From contig JAQGDQ010000203.1 of NCBI GenBank assembly GCA_030141605.1, forward strand, positions 310,001 to 374,000: a stretch of DNA of 64,000 nucleotides, in the 5' to 3' direction. The position numbers and the translations under genes were made by a program. The stretch is from Tubiluchus corallicola (lineage: Eukaryota > Animalia > Priapulida). Under the pieces are notes generated by a model. It was not told the origin of the DNA. It saw only the letters and a list, made by a program, of their open reading frames with translations, and did not search any database. This document shows positions 1 to 11,667 of this stretch, piece by piece; position 1 is the first letter of the stretch; each line of letters starts with the position of its first letter.

Positions 1-81
1 AATATTTCCTCATTGATGTTCCAACTCCACCTTTACAGCTAAATCAAAGTCAGACTAATTGAATAACTTTTGCTTTTGTAG

Positions 82-168
82 GCAGAGCAACGGCTGGCAG
101 CAAAGAGAGCAGCAAGGGCAGAAGCAAGGAAGATTCGAATGCGGGAGGTAGAACGGCAGCAAGCAGAG
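82..168 (+). CDS. LRRFIP2: LRRFIP1/2-family protein, internal coding exon (first in window)
   Basis: AG at 80-81, GT at 169; encodes [29 protein letters not shown], matching the conserved LRRFIP N-terminal [29 protein letters not shown] motif. Start codon lies upstream of the window. Confidence 0.93.
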
Positions 169-373
169 GTATAATATATTATGTGCTTTGTCTTTTTAAA
201 GTAGGTGTAGCTTTAAGTGCAGTATTCTTCAAATGTTTTTACTGTTGAGCTGTATTCTACCTGCTGTATTTCCTGTGCGAGTGACAATTTTAATGCCTTT
301 ATTGGGCATTAATTTATACTGAAAAGAGATTCTATATGCATTTCTACAGCTTTTAGCCAGTTTTGGGACAGTC

Positions 374-737
374 ATAATTGGGGAGTGGACATAAAAGATC
401 AAGTTGAAACGTTCAAATTCGATTGAAACAAGTTTTTTAGTTCAAATTCAACTTGAAATTTTAATAATTGAATCTAGTGATTTAACACTTCAATTACAAA
501 ACTTTAAACAGAGATAAAATTTTGTCTGCAGTTACAAAATTATTAACTTGGATTAGCCTTTTGTACAATTTCCATTTATTAATTTACTTTTTTAGTAACT
601 TGTAGCTAAATTAATGTTTTTACATGCAGCATTATTTTTTTTATTATTGAATTTGATTCAAATTTGAGTAAAATCAACTTTCAAGATTCAATTTCAAACC
701 TTAAAAATAGATTTGGTGCATGTTCGCCCCATTCATA
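374..737. mobile_element. Possible degenerate MITE with internal TTCAAA/TTGAA repeats (LRRFIP intron)
   Basis: Imperfect inverted ends (tggggagtggacat / atgttcgcccca) around many ttcaaattcaa-type motifs. Confidence 0.35.
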
Positions 738-840
738 TTTTCTTGTTTGCTATACTAGACTTCATAGATAACTGATACCCCAGTAAATCAGCAATGATGC
801 AAAGTACTGGTGTTACTGATACATTTGTTATTCTATTCAG

Positions 841-891
841 GCTGAATCAAATGAAGTTCGATATCGTGATGCTGCAGATGGAACTCCCAGG
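841..891 (+). CDS. LRRFIP2: LRRFIP exon (phase 0-0)
   Basis: ttctattcag acceptor, gtatgt donor; 51 nt, AESNEVRYRDAADGTPR; keeps the frame. Confidence 0.7.
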
Positions 892-899
892 GTATGTTA

Positions 900-1180
900 G
901 TGATGTCATTCCAAACACACACGCATTCCATTCTTAACTGACACCTTTTTAATTCTTACACAGTTACATAATGTCGTTCTTAAGACACGCACAATAAATG
1001 ATGGTATTTATTTCACACTGAGTGAAGGATGTCACTCTTATTCTTAACTCCCTGTCGTAAATAATATCATTCTTTAATTGCTTGAGGAAATGATGATATT
1101 TTTAACTTACATACAGGAAATTATGTCAGTTTTACTTCACACTGAGTAATGATGCACTCTTTACTCAGATACAGTTAGTT
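900..1180. repeat. Degenerate ~30-bp minisatellite in LRRFIP intron
   Basis: Recurring gatgtcattcttaactcacac..taaat-like units, about 8 diverged copies. Confidence 0.5.
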
Positions 1181-1310
1181 TTGGTCACTATGCCAGAAAG
1201 CATTATATGGACTCACATTTTCTTGAACTTATTGCACAGAAATCTTTATAAATAGGTTTAATCTTACACCATTTTGCACTTCTTTAACTGAATGATTTTT
1301 TTTGTTCTAG

Positions 1311-1400
1311 ACGTACACATCACGGGCTGGATCCGATTCATCTGTACGTTCCGGAAGGCGTGGTAGTGATGGTAGCGAATCAGAGGTTAAAGAACTTAAG
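1311..1400 (+). CDS. LRRFIP2: LRRFIP exon (phase 0-0)
   Basis: tttgttctag acceptor, gtagta donor; TYTSRAGSDSSVRSGRRGSDGSESEVKELK contains the family RRGS motif. Confidence 0.85.
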
Positions 1401-1464
1401 GTAGTAACATTTCATTTTAAGAATTAGTTCATAGTTATTAGTAATCATTGTCAATATTTGTTGT

Positions 1465-2600
1465 AAAATAAGACAAGAAAAGATATTTATTCAGGATAAC
1501 TTGTTTGAGCAAAGCTCGTTTACAACAAGGTTCTGATTAGTGCAATGTTTGCAAACACTTTTCAGGCTAATGCCAAAAGAAACATATATTTTGAACAAAA
1601 ACAAAACGCCAAAATTTAAAAGCAGTTCAAAAAGATAAAGTTTAGAATGCACAATACAATTAATTAGAGTAACACTCTTGATAAAAATTTTTAAGGTGAC
1701 CGTTAAACAAGTTAATATTGCTACTGCTCCTTAATTCAGTTGACAAAGAATTCTCTACTTTAACCCTGCTGTAGTTTAGAGATTTTTGTCCAACTTGTGT
1801 TCGGCATAACAGTATTTGCAATTCTGACTGACCTTTTTCGATACTGATGTGAATATTCGAGAAAGTGTTGATTTAAAGGGTTTTGGTCACTTTTAAGAAT
1901 TTTGTACATAAAGTATGCCATTTGCATTAGCCTTCGGATTTCCAGTGGTAACCAGTTTAGTGCATTGTGATAATGTGTTCGCATGCGTCACATTTTAAAA
2001 TAATTCGTGCATCCCTGTTATGCATGATCTGTAATCTGCTCAGTGATGTAGTTTCAGCAATAATGTACTATGATAAACAGTAGTCAAAATATGGTAGCAT
2101 TAAACTGTTATGAATCGGCATTGCAGCAAGTGGAGTGAGATTTTGACGAGTTCTACAGAAATAACCAATGTTTTTATTAATCTTACTTCTCACGAAATCT
2201 ATATGCGCTGTAAATTTTAAACTAGAATCATCTATTACACTATGAACTATGAAAATACACCTTTAGAAGTATTTTGTGGTTGTTATGGAATTTAGAAGCT
2301 TGTTGTCATAAGACAGTTGAATGTTAGGGTCTTCTAAAGATGTAAGTTTTTGATTAGTGCCAAACAGCATTACATCGATTTTATTTAAATTTAAAACTAA
2401 TTTATTTTTGAAGAACCAGTCTGATGCTTTTCCAAGTTCATGCAATAGGACTTTGGTTCTTGTCTGGAGTGATTTATGCTGATAGATCAGTACTGCATCA
2501 TCAGCGTACATAAAACAACCAGCATTTTTGCAATTTTGAGGAAATCATTAATGTACAGGATAATCAAAAGAGGAATGAGAACCAAACCCTGAGTAACCTC
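1465..2600 (-). mobile_element. 5'-truncated non-LTR retrotransposon (CR1/L2 group) relic, antisense in LRRFIP intron
   Basis: Minus strand reads LYIND, MYADDAVLIY (RT catalytic motif), WFFKNKLVLNLNK and LNWLPLEIRR with stops and frameshifts; AATAAA on minus near 1485-1490. Confidence 0.85.
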
Positions 2601-3256
2601 AATTTCAATATTACTAATAATGGTAGTAATAATGGTTTGAATATTCGTTTACCACCTGGCTCAATTTTGTTAGTAAAAATAGTATAAGTTTTGCGATTTG
2701 AAACTTTGTGATCGATTTACAGTACGTTGGTCTTAAATTTAAGTTTTTTGTGATTTGGTTATGAAAGCTTATTTGTCTAATCTGTTTACGTAATGAGACT
2801 GAAAGGCCTATCCATTACTGTCTATTTAGTGATTGTATATACACTGCTGAGAGTATGAAAATAATATATTATCATCTCATTTTGCCCTCAGTGCACTGTC
2901 TATAGCTTCATTTACTGCACAGTGGTATTTCTGTTGGGTCCTCGTGAATTGTACATGCATTATCTTAATGAGTCTTCTCAATTTACACCATTATGAGGTT
3001 TAATTTATTACAAGTGACCATGCCCTTCTTTTAAGACTAGACGTAAACAGGTGCTGTTCAGTTGCCTGTGCCTTGTTCATTGTCTGGACTGGTGTGTCTT
3101 CTTAGAGAATTATCATTGATAATGATGTAGGATTTTGATCTACTACGATCATCTGTATGGTGCCAAACAGTACAAAAATGACTTTTGCATTTTTCATTAA
3201 GTGAAACAAAATTTAGCCGAATTTTCCATTTATAATAATTTTTGGTGCTTTTGCAG

Positions 3257-3427
3257 AAAGATCTATCTGACTTGGAGGAAAAGTTTAAGAAATCAATGAT
3301 AACTAATGCACAGCTAGACAATGAGAAATCAACTTTGATGTATCAACTAGATTTACTAAAAGATGATCTAGAAATGAAAGATGAAACGATGTGTCAATTA
3401 CAACGTGAGATTAAAGACATGTCTAGG
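3257..3427 (+). CDS. LRRFIP2: LRRFIP exon, first coiled-coil
   Basis: ttttgcag / gtaagt; KDLSDLEEKFKKSMITNAQLDNEKSTLMYQLDLLKD... matches the family EEKYKKAMVSNAQLDNEK signature. Confidence 0.95.
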
Positions 3428-3705
3428 GTAAGTAGAAATTGAGGTCATTTGACAAATTGACACATCACTTCCTATGTGAGATTAAGGAAACTCGGGTATG
3501 TGGAAACCGACATCATTTAAGGAAATGATGTTAGCTACGATTTGAAAATTTAAACTATTTATCAAAGTCAGGTTACTTACATCATGAGATTAAGGATGTA
3601 TTTAAGGTAAGTGGAAACTGAGATGAAATGATGTCAGTTACAACATGAGATTGATGGTGTGTCTAAGGTAAATGAAAATTGAGACTATTTGACAAAGTGA
3701 TTTGA
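3380..3705 (+). repeat. Degenerate tandem copies of the exon 3' end plus splice donor
   Basis: Unit tgagattaa...(a/g)g|GT..t(g/a)gaaa recurs with GT at 3428 (real), 3496, 3607 and 3668. Confidence 0.75.
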
Positions 3706-3794
3706 TTTTATAAGACATTTTTAAATGTAATTATGCTGATGACCGTCGTTGTTGTTTTTTCTTATAATTTTATAATTATCTTATCGTTTTTCAG

Positions 3795-3887
3795 GAATAC
3801 GACTTTGCCAAACGGGATTTAGATTCCTCAAATAAGCAAGTAACGAATCTCAAAGAACAAGTCCAGCATCTGATCACGTTGATTCAG
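3795..3887 (+). CDS. LRRFIP2: LRRFIP exon (phase 0-0)
   Basis: tttttcag / gtgaag; EYDFAKRDLDSSNKQVTNLKEQVQHLITLIQ leads in frame into the EHGLVLV motif of the next exon. Confidence 0.85.
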
Positions 3888-5303
3888 GTGAAGCCAGCCA
3901 GTTTTCACTGCTCTTTTGTTTGCTAATGCAATTCTGGTGTATGATTTTCTGTAAAACTTGATAAAATAGAGACACAGAATGTGAATATAATTCCAGTGAT
4001 TTAATGAACTTGGTGACACCTCTTAAATTAACACAGACACGTGCGCCGGCAGGCGGATGCACTGACACACATGCGTCCACAGAATTTCTTGAGAAAAATT
4101 TTTTTGTGACTAAATAAAATTTTTTAGCAGTAAACCAAGAAACACATCAACCCCTTGTTATTATTAACAAATAATTATTAAATTTTGTGTGAGCAGTGGA
4201 TGGGCTGTAAACTTAACAGTCTTAAATCGGTTTTATGTTTGACTATCCACATTTTGCTGGATAGATAATCTTGACACTAAATAATAATTAATAAATTAAG
4301 CTTAAGTAATTGGTCATCCACATTCCAAGTGTATTACGAATTCGCTTTTAAGATATATGACTACTACAATAGAATACAATGAATATTACCTAGGTAAATG
4401 TAGGTAAAATATATTTATCTGAGCAGAATTTTTCACATTTGAGGAAGTCTGCGTACCAGAATTTAAATCTCATTTGAGGCCTCCAACACAAACAAAATAA
4501 ACAGCTATTGAGGTGATACAAAAAGGTGTTAAGGTTTGATTACAGTATTCACCTGTAAGTGTAATAAACTCTAATAATGTGTCAATTCAATTCACATCTC
4601 ATGTTACATGTGATGATGATTCCCGCAAGGAGAGTTAAAATATTATATTTAAATTTTAAAACCTTTTTTAAATTTCCTCTATATCTGTTGCTGTTTGCCT
4701 TTTGCCAATGATTTGCATTTTTAGGGCCATTTACAAGTGTTTGAAAATTGTGTTAGTTTGTTATTTATGTAGTAATTAGTTTTTCGATAGTGAGCCCCTA
4801 ATTTTTAGATAAAAAAGGTAAGTTCACTCTAATTGGAGTAAAGAAAGTAAAATCTTGCACACACATTTGCCATGCCACTTGTACATATTTAGAATGCTGC
4901 TTTATTTGGTAAACAGACATTCTACGCTCTTTGCCTGTTTGAGCTTGAGTTTTAGGTATAAACTGCTTTCACATATTAAAAAATATGTAAATTATAGTGA
5001 AGCTTCATTTATGATCTAAAATTTATTAAAATTTATATTAATAGCTATATTTGTTTACATAGTTTATTGTCAGCACTTCTCGCTGACAGAGACAACAGAA
5101 CAGAGACAAGGTTTATTCACTGTGAGAACTAGTGGCATTTCGTAGCTGCTGTAGAGGCATGTAACTTGCTCAGAGTAATTTCTCTGAACGCTACTGCAAG
5201 ATCTGTCACGAAATTTGGCCACGCTTACTGATAGAGAGTAACTCACAGCACGTCTTGCTCTCTAATGTCACTCGTTGATGTAAGTGTTGTTACACATGTT
5301 TAG

Positions 5304-5451
5304 GAGCATGGGCTGGTCCTAGTCGGTGCCGGTGATTCAATGAAACTAGAAGCTGATACCGGACGGGTAAAGGAAGGAGAGGAGCTGCCTTTAGCAATTC
5401 TGTCCCAACAAACTGCCAAAATTTTAGATGAAGCTGGTGATGGATCTTTAG
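5304..5451 (+). CDS. LRRFIP2: LRRFIP exon (phase 0-1)
   Basis: gtttag / gtacag; EHGLVLV...ILSQQTAKILDEAGDGSL corresponds to family KHGLVII...VSQEAAQVLESAGEGPL. Confidence 0.92.
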
Positions 5452-5514
5452 GTACAGTCTTTTATTTTTCTGTGGTTTTTGCTAGTTTGGGTTTATCAGT
5501 TAATTAAAAAAGTA

Positions 5515-6639
5515 TAGGGTGTTCCAAAAAATGGTGTACTAATAAATGCTATAAGCATACAAATATTACACAAGGCTGGACTTAGGAGGAGTGGGCCCTA
5601 CTGAAAACAGTTTTGGTGGTCTTCTCAGTATGTAGAATTATAAAAAGTACAATTTTATATGCTTTATAGTTTGTATTTTTAATGGAAACCAATTAAAATG
5701 TGCACTTAGAAAGCGTGGTGCTTGTGAGTTAATGGACCAACAGCTACATTTTAAAATAAAACTGCATAACATGTAAGTCGGATAAGCAGCAAACAAAATG
5801 TCTAGATCACTACTGGAAAGTGCATAGTTTGGGGACACCCTCCGATTCCGTCTGAATTTAGCCTACTTTATGTTTGGTCACCGAGATGTGCATGTACATA
5901 AAGATTCACTAAAGTAATTTCGTCACATGATACTGTTAAAAAATTCTATACCCTCATATCTCGGTTTGCCGGACAAAAGCGGGAAGACATCGGTCCGAAT
6001 TTGCCAATTGTCCGTATTTACCGATACTAAGCTAATACAGTAGGGGCTGTGTGTTAGACTCACGGCAATGTAGAAGCAAAACAACAGATTGTGTCTGTAA
6101 TATGCGGGACTTTTTAACGGTTCACATTCTGTCCGATTCTTCCAATATCCGTAAAAGAAAGATCCGGCAAACCGAGATATGGGCATATGTTTACGTATAT
6201 TTAAAAGCCCTCGACACTTGGTTTAATTGTTTACGTATGTTTTTTTAAGCATACTAAGTGTAGTTTCTTAAGTAGCTAAAAGCTACACTAAGTATACTAA
6301 ATAGTCACAGCTTCGTAAATTAGGAGATAATCCAAAGATCAAGTATACTTACTCTTAATGGGCTTATTCAAATTAGTGTCCGTACACTTTACAAACACTT
6401 CTACACTTTATGGGTGACATAGAACTACCTCAAATTCCATGCCTAATTGTGGTGCAAAATAAGTTATGTAGCACACTTTGTAGATGGTCCATTTTATGAC
6501 TTGTGCTCTTTTCACAGCCCTGGTTGCCCATATTGAAGGTTTAAGCAAAATAGCAAAAATAGTGATGTCTATAAAAAACTCAAGATTATTTTCACGTATT
6601 GTCATATTTCTACAAAACCGTTAATTTTTAAACACCCTG
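5515..6639. mobile_element. Tc1/mariner-type non-autonomous element (CAGGGTG-type ends, TA flanks)
   Basis: Left TA|tagggtgttccaaaaa, right tttttaaacaccctg|TA; a further internal inverted end at about 5828-5841. Confidence 0.5.
5949..6185. mobile_element. MITE nested in the mariner-like element
   Basis: Perfect 19-bp inverted repeat CATATCTCGGTTTGCCGGA (5955-5973 / 6163-6181), imperfectly extendable to TA on both sides. Confidence 0.7.
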
Positions 6640-6988
6640 TATATTTTATATTAAATGAAATAAGTACAATGTTATTATCTTTGTAAAGCTTTCTCTCAAC
6701 TTATACATAGATATGGCTTATAAAAAGCATCAGATAGTAAAAATTGGTCTCTTGCCTTCTGTATATTGTAATTCTAAGTAGTGACAAGTGCTTGTAGTGT
6801 ACTAGATTTGTAGTAAGTGAATTTGCAAGTTATGTACTATTTAGGAAATGATAGTGGCATTTTTTCATTTAAGTGGTAAAATATTTGCTGTATTACTAGA
6901 CTCTTTTTAGTTATTACCTATCTATAGGGTTTTATAGGTGTAAACTGAGCACTTTGTGCCATTTTCAAGTTTTTTTTTAAATCTGTAG

Positions 6989-7153
6989 AAGAACGATTGA
7001 GAAAGTTTGCTGAGGAGAAGAAGGATTTAGAGGATAGAGTGCGTCGTCTTCGTATGACTCTGGAGGAGGAAAGGGAAGCTAATTCGCAAGCACTGAAAGA
7101 GGCTCACAAAGTCTCCATGGCCTTGAACGGTTTAGACGATGATAGAAATCCTC
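6989..7153 (+). CDS. LRRFIP2: LRRFIP exon (phase 1-1)
   Basis: atctgtag / gtatgt; EERLRKFAEEKKDLEDRVRRLRMTLEEER corresponds to family [29 protein letters not shown]. Confidence 0.93.
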
Positions 7154-7395
7154 GTATGTTTTCTACAGCTTACCCTATCGACTTGTCTATCAGTGAAGCC
7201 AAACATGTCAAACTCTAATTCTTTCACTTTGGACTACCTGCATTTAGTTCATCTCATTGAAGAATTTAGCAATGTTAAACTCCAATTCATCATCTCTATA
7301 GTTTTCCTGTCTGTCTGTCTTTCTCATTTTACTATATAGTTCATCACATGTATATTATTTACAGTGATTATTACTATGAAACTTCTGTTTTACAG

Positions 7396-7463
7396 GTGAT
7401 TCTGGTGAATCAAGGATAAAACTAATGAAAGCTGAACAAGAAGTAGCTTCGTTACAGTCTAGT
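7396..7463 (+). CDS. LRRFIP2: LRRFIP exon (phase 1-0)
   Basis: ttttacag / gtgagt; RDSGESRIKLMKAEQEVASLQSS corresponds to family KFKLSKAEQDITTLEQS. Confidence 0.9.
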
Positions 7464-8063
7464 GTGAGTATTTTTACTGTATTGTAGTAGCAATAGCAAT
7501 CCGTTGGATTTCGTATTGAAATTAGTGCTTAAATTTAATGTGGTTGAGTTGTAAGTGAAAACTACTTTTAGTTTTGTTCTTATCCAATGGGATCTATTGT
7601 AATTCTTCGCAACTTTGTAATGCTTTACCGTATTTTTGACAGGCTTGGCATTCTTGAATACAGTTTTCATTTTTCTATCTTGCAGCGCTAGTTTTATTAA
7701 AATCTGCTGAGCAGTCGCAATAAATTTTTATACTGTAACAATGTCAAAGTTGTAGCGAAACAGTGTTATGGATGGGAAGAATACTTTGCCAAGTGTCCAA
7801 GTGTACGTCCAGTAAATAAACTGTTGTCTAGTAAATAAATACAGAGTTAACCTTGGCAGTGAGATAAGTTCTGGTTCTGGCATAAACAAGCCTTGCCATT
7901 GAGCCTTTGATTCTGATTTGCAGTATATAGAATGGTGTAACCTGTTTCTCAGTATTTTGAATGTTGAGGGCAGTCTTTGGTGAGACTTGTTGTTTTGTTA
8001 ATAAAACAAAAGATAATATTAATCTGAATTTATAAATATATATTGACTTTTCGTTATTTATAG

Positions 8064-8168
8064 TTGAATAGAAACGAACGTGATTTAAAAAGGGCGCAGC
8101 AACAAGTACAAGAATTAGAACAAGAAATTGATGACCTAAAGACTGATAAACGCAAGACCCAAAGAGAG
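8064..8168 (+). CDS. LRRFIP2: LRRFIP exon (phase 0-0)
   Basis: ttatttatag / gtaata; ...EIDDLKTDKRKTQRE corresponds to family EDELKAEKRKLQRE. Confidence 0.92.
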
Positions 8169-8475
8169 GTAATAACATTTAGTCTGCATTATTGTCTGAG
8201 TAGTGACTTAGAATCTACTTTGGGTGGGGTATACTGCACTAAGCAGCCCATTTAATTATGAGATTCTTGTAATAAAATGATTGCTGGGTTAGAATCCTCA
8301 CCACTAGCTGTTTCTAATTCAGCTCTACCTTTTAACAAAATAATGTTCTAAATTAATGCAAATTTTTTAAAACACGTGTTTTAATTTGATGTAATGAAAA
8401 TTGGGTTATGAATAAAATGTCCATTTTATTTGTATTAATATTATTAGTTTAATAGTTACTTTGTCTGATGTTTAG

Positions 8476-8586
8476 CTTCGCGAAGCCAAATCTCGGATAG
8501 AGGAGGTTGAAACAGAAAAGGGTCACTTGCAAAAGCGACTAGACAAACTTAGGAAAGAACGTATTAATGCAATGACGAACGGGTGA
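8476..8586 (+). CDS. LRRFIP2: LRRFIP terminal coding exon
   Basis: gtttag acceptor; LREAKSRIEEVETEKGHLQKRLDKLRKERINAMTNG then TGA; matches family HLAKRLEKMK C-terminus. Confidence 0.92.
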   Translation, partial: LREAKSRIEEVETEKGHLQKRLDKLRKERINAMTNG

Positions 8587-10491
8587 AGCTTGATACTGTT
8601 GCTGCTATCTTGTGGTTGTGTGTATGAAGTTTACATATGTACACATTGGTGCTGACCATCTGAAGGTTTTCAAGGAAATGAATTCATTATATTTATAAAG
8701 ATTGTCTTCCTGATTTGCTTGTGTTTTTCTTCTGTAGGCTATTAATATTATTTTTATGTTACTGTTCTGTTTGTGTTGCTTGCTTATTTCTAGCTTCCTA
8801 GTCTTTATATATAACTATGCATTACTTTCCAGTGAGAAATAACTTACCAAGAGTATGAAAGTTCACAAAAAGTCCTACTTTAACTTTCAGAAAACTTGCC
8901 ATGTGATTTGAAATTGTGTTTGACAAATTTGCTGCTTTGATATGCTGTGCTGCTTTAATTGTATTTGCATAATTATGTAAATATGTGCCATTTACTGACT
9001 ATTCGCCAGTCTTGGCACAGCTACATCTCCAGAAGTAAAGTTTGAGAAAAAAAATGTATACTGATGTGCAATTATTAAATTGCCTTCTGCTTGTTTCCAT
9101 ACTTCAGTAATGTGAGGAGAACAATGGTAGAGCAAAATAATTTTGCATAAATTGCCATGGATTTAATTAATCTGAAATTCTGAATGAAACTGTAGCTTAT
9201 TCTCATTTCCATCATTATGGCTGAATATCTTCTACAGTATGTGACCATCAGCTGTCCAATGTTGTGCCAGTCTCAAACTTCGATTTGGGAAGTGCTCACT
9301 GTAAAGGCTTATAGAGCAAAAAACAGTCTTTTTCAGAAGAAATAGTTGTGTTTTCTATTATAAATTGGTCAGAAATCCGACTCAGTTTTTGTTCATTTCC
9401 GGTTGTTTGAACATCTGACACAAGTTCAACTTTAACTATTTATATTATTTGAACAGTTTGAATTATGGTTGATTGTGTTTTCTGCTCCTAAAAATATTAA
9501 CCTTCACACTTGAACAACTTTATTGTGCTTTTTCAGCCATCATTGATATCAGTGTAATTTGTAACTAGTCTTATAAGCATTATGACCTGGTCAGTAAAGC
9601 AGCTAAAGTTAAAAACACTATTAAAATGAGTTCTTTGCATTTCTGGCAAATAGCCAACCAGTTAATAACCTTAATTTCAGTTAGAATCGGATTAAATTAG
9701 AAGCCAAACATAGAAAGCAAGTACATGTATATTATTTTGCTGTCAGAATAAGTATTGCAAAATTTGATTTTTCAGTGATGCTGAATATGCTTTTGAAATA
9801 TCCAGGATGCTTCACTGGACTTTTGTGAAAGGATATCATGACTTTGTCCCACGTTGTATACATCATTATTTCACATTTCTGTAGCAACTTGTCCTGTATG
9901 TTGAATGTCTCATTTAAGCCGTTTGCAAAAAATGCCGTCCAATTTAATGTCAAAAAGGGATTACAAAACTTGTTTTTCTTTTATTAGGCAGTGAATGATG
10001 CCCGTAGGCTGAAGATTCCTTTACTTTGACATTCTTCGTCTAGGTATTGCATCTATTCATGAGATCTTTTGCAGCAACTCACTTTAGAACTGGGTTTGAA
10101 TAAACCATTGAAAAATCTGCTTCAGTACGAATATACTAGCTGTGAGTTGCTGGAGTAAGCTTTGATAATCAAATCACAGTTTTGTGGGGGTTTGTCTTCG
10201 CAACTTTTTTGTCTTGTGTGTTTCTTCTGCTTTATGTAACTACCTGTACAATAGTAATCGTGAAAACTATAAATGTACTCTACTTTTATTATTTAGTTTT
10301 ATTATTTATAGTTTGGTTGCCACAGCAATTTTCTATTGCATAGATAGGATACACTGAGGTTGTGCTGTTATTAATATTTAAATGAGTTGCAAGTTTGATC
10401 ATTTTAGACATATGTTGTAAATATTTACCACACTATATGTACTTGTTAGGATCAGTGTGGTTTGTATACTGGCTTTAACACTTTGTTGTTA

Positions 10492-10547
10492 CCTCACATA
10501 ATGAGGTAAAAAAATTACCTCATTATGTGAGGATACTAATAAATAAA
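10492..10547 (+). terminator. 18-bp perfect hairpin followed by overlapping AATAAA hexamers; candidate LRRFIP 3' end
   Basis: CCTCACATAATGAGGTAA-aaaaa-TTACCTCATTATGTGAGG (10492-10532); AATAAA at 10538 and 10542. Use as the poly(A) site is inferred. Confidence 0.45.
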
Positions 10548-11667
10548 ATGTTTCAAACATACTTAAAAGCTTGACTTGAATATTTTACAAAACTGAAATT
10601 GATAATCTTCATTTTCTGCTGTGCAAAGAGTGTGGTGAACTTATGACAAAGGTCAAGGGTCAGTATTTAAGATACCCTGTGCATGCAGTCCAATACATTT
10701 TTGACAAATGTCAAAGGTCGCAGTCCAATAAATTTTTGACAAAAGTTGAAGGTCAAGTTTAATATGTATAAAATTAATATGAATTTCTGCAGTAGTTCGT
10801 GCACTTTTGTAAGAAAATGGGCAATAACAAAGCGAAATTAGCTTAACATAATGTGAGTTATGCCATAAATTCATATGAAAATGAAGTTTCACTGAAAGGT
10901 CATCATCTAAGATGAGTTTACAGTTTATGTATAACATGTTTATTGTTGGATATTGAATAAACATTTGAATAATTTCGATCATCCATATGATGGTGAGAAC
11001 AAATCCAAATGACTGCCTTACCAAATATGCATATCAAGGCAAATTTAACTAACAATTTATCAGAGAATATTTTACTGATTAAATTATCAGTAATTAAAAA
11101 TGTAGATACAAAGTGTTGTGGAATCACTAGTATGTACCACATATTAGCTGAGCCCAAGCTCTTTCACTTAAAAATGGGCACATTGCTCCTGTCTGACAAA
11201 TAGTTAATAAAAAAGCCCCGTTAATTATGATCACAATTATATGTCTTTTAAAAGAGGCTGGAGCCTTTAGAAACTGTGTCTTCGTGTACCAGTTACTTGG
11301 CACACTTTTTGTGTTCACTAATTGATTACATCTCACATTACTTTCTTTATCCCAATTGCTCAATCCCAATTTTCCACAAGTAAATATCAGAGTAACACAT
11401 GTAGAGCCAAATTTTTTCATTGATGCGTTGTAGTCAACCAAACCTGTCGTTTCATAACGTCATCTTCCTTTTAATCCTAATGCAAGAGCTGTCACGTGCT
11501 TTATTATGCAAACAGATCCAAAGTTCATCGTAAGCCAACTGAGTAATGGGGGAGCTTAATGCGTGATTGAGAGGAAACTGCAGACTTACATCTTATGTAT
11601 AAACGATTTATTTTTGTGTTTTGTGCATTGTGCTTTCTCAATAATAACGTGGCAGGTATTTTTATGT

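Noticed and set aside
4400-4560. Possible CR1 RT remnant (AIEVIQK)
   Set aside because: Too short and degenerate to support.
5074-5110. Possible alternative LRRFIP exon (gtcag ... AAG|gtttat)
   Set aside because: 37 nt would break the frame, the donor is weak and there is no family similarity.
10650-11560. Overlapping minus-strand ORFs (123, 79 and 104 aa) suggesting a decayed gene
   Set aside because: No recognisable motif or splice pattern; needs a translated search before any call.
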